A DNA stretch of 64,000 bases, from positions 96,162,001 through 96,226,000 of the forward strand of contig CM126206.1 of assembly GCA_052327205.1 (NCBI GenBank), given 5' to 3'. The DNA is from Somniosus microcephalus (Eukaryota). The notes under the pieces are model-generated. The model was not told where the DNA came from and made no database searches. It worked only from the letters and a program-made list of their open reading frames with translations. The position numbers and the translations under genes are program-made. Shown here in pieces: positions 63,604 through 64,000 of the stretch. The first letter of the stretch is position 1. Each line of letters starts with the position of its first letter.

Positions 63604-64000
63604 GCCCCTACTGAGGAAATGGCTTCTGGCATGGAGAACAACATGAATGAAAGCAACCCGCAACCCCAAAGCCGGCCAAGGCAGCAATGATTCCAAAGGC
63701 CAAACCTGTACATTTTGAATACAAAAACGTTTTTATTTTACAAACTCTGTGTGTGTCATTTCTTCATGACAAACTAATAGAAACAAACACAAAGAATCAT
63801 TCATTAACATTATTGGTTCTCACAACCTGGAGATAATGTCCAAAGCACTAAACAAAAGTTTGAACACAAACCTCGGCCTTTAATAAAAAATTTGGCAACA
63901 TTTCGTCACACCTTCTACGTTTTGCCCTTCGAGGGTGATCTCCTTCCCTTGCGCACTTCCCCCCTTCCCAACCTACTGCTCCTCTGTAATGGAGCCCCAG

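Larger units (their letters stand above)
59413..64000 (+). mobile_element. Harbinger transposon split by CR1, continuing beyond the window
   Basis: Subterminal gcgc motifs, tatttaaa near 59692, transposase, and the Myb C-terminus (GAPLQRSSRLGRG) on - at the window end; left boundary approximate. Confidence 0.88.

Overview
Eukaryotic, repeat-saturated vertebrate DNA; the repeat complement (CR1 with esterase ORF1, L2, RTE, Tx1, HE1-like SINE pieces, Harbinger families) suggests a cartilaginous fish, which is an inference. No host protein-coding gene or RNA gene is supported. Main contents: a near full-length decayed CR1 (273-3870); a nearly intact two-gene PIF/Harbinger transposon (6255-10604); a complete Gypsy LTR element inside a MITE (22810-27807); and a ~26 kb four-level nest (~30062-56650) in which an old Harbinger hosts Gypsy A, which hosts Gypsy B, whose 5' LTR hosts a Tx1 LINE, with junction TSDs readable. 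A further Harbinger split by a CR1 runs off the right end. Best leads: a 36-bp in-frame minisatellite born from transposase coding sequence; a CR1 with a doubled, structured 3' UTR; a conserved antisense promoter-like module plus splice donor in both related Gypsy leaders; two locally templated insertions; and a one-strand bias of retroelement insertions. I found no evidence of a wholly new gene system. Coordinates and mismatch counts were read by eye.
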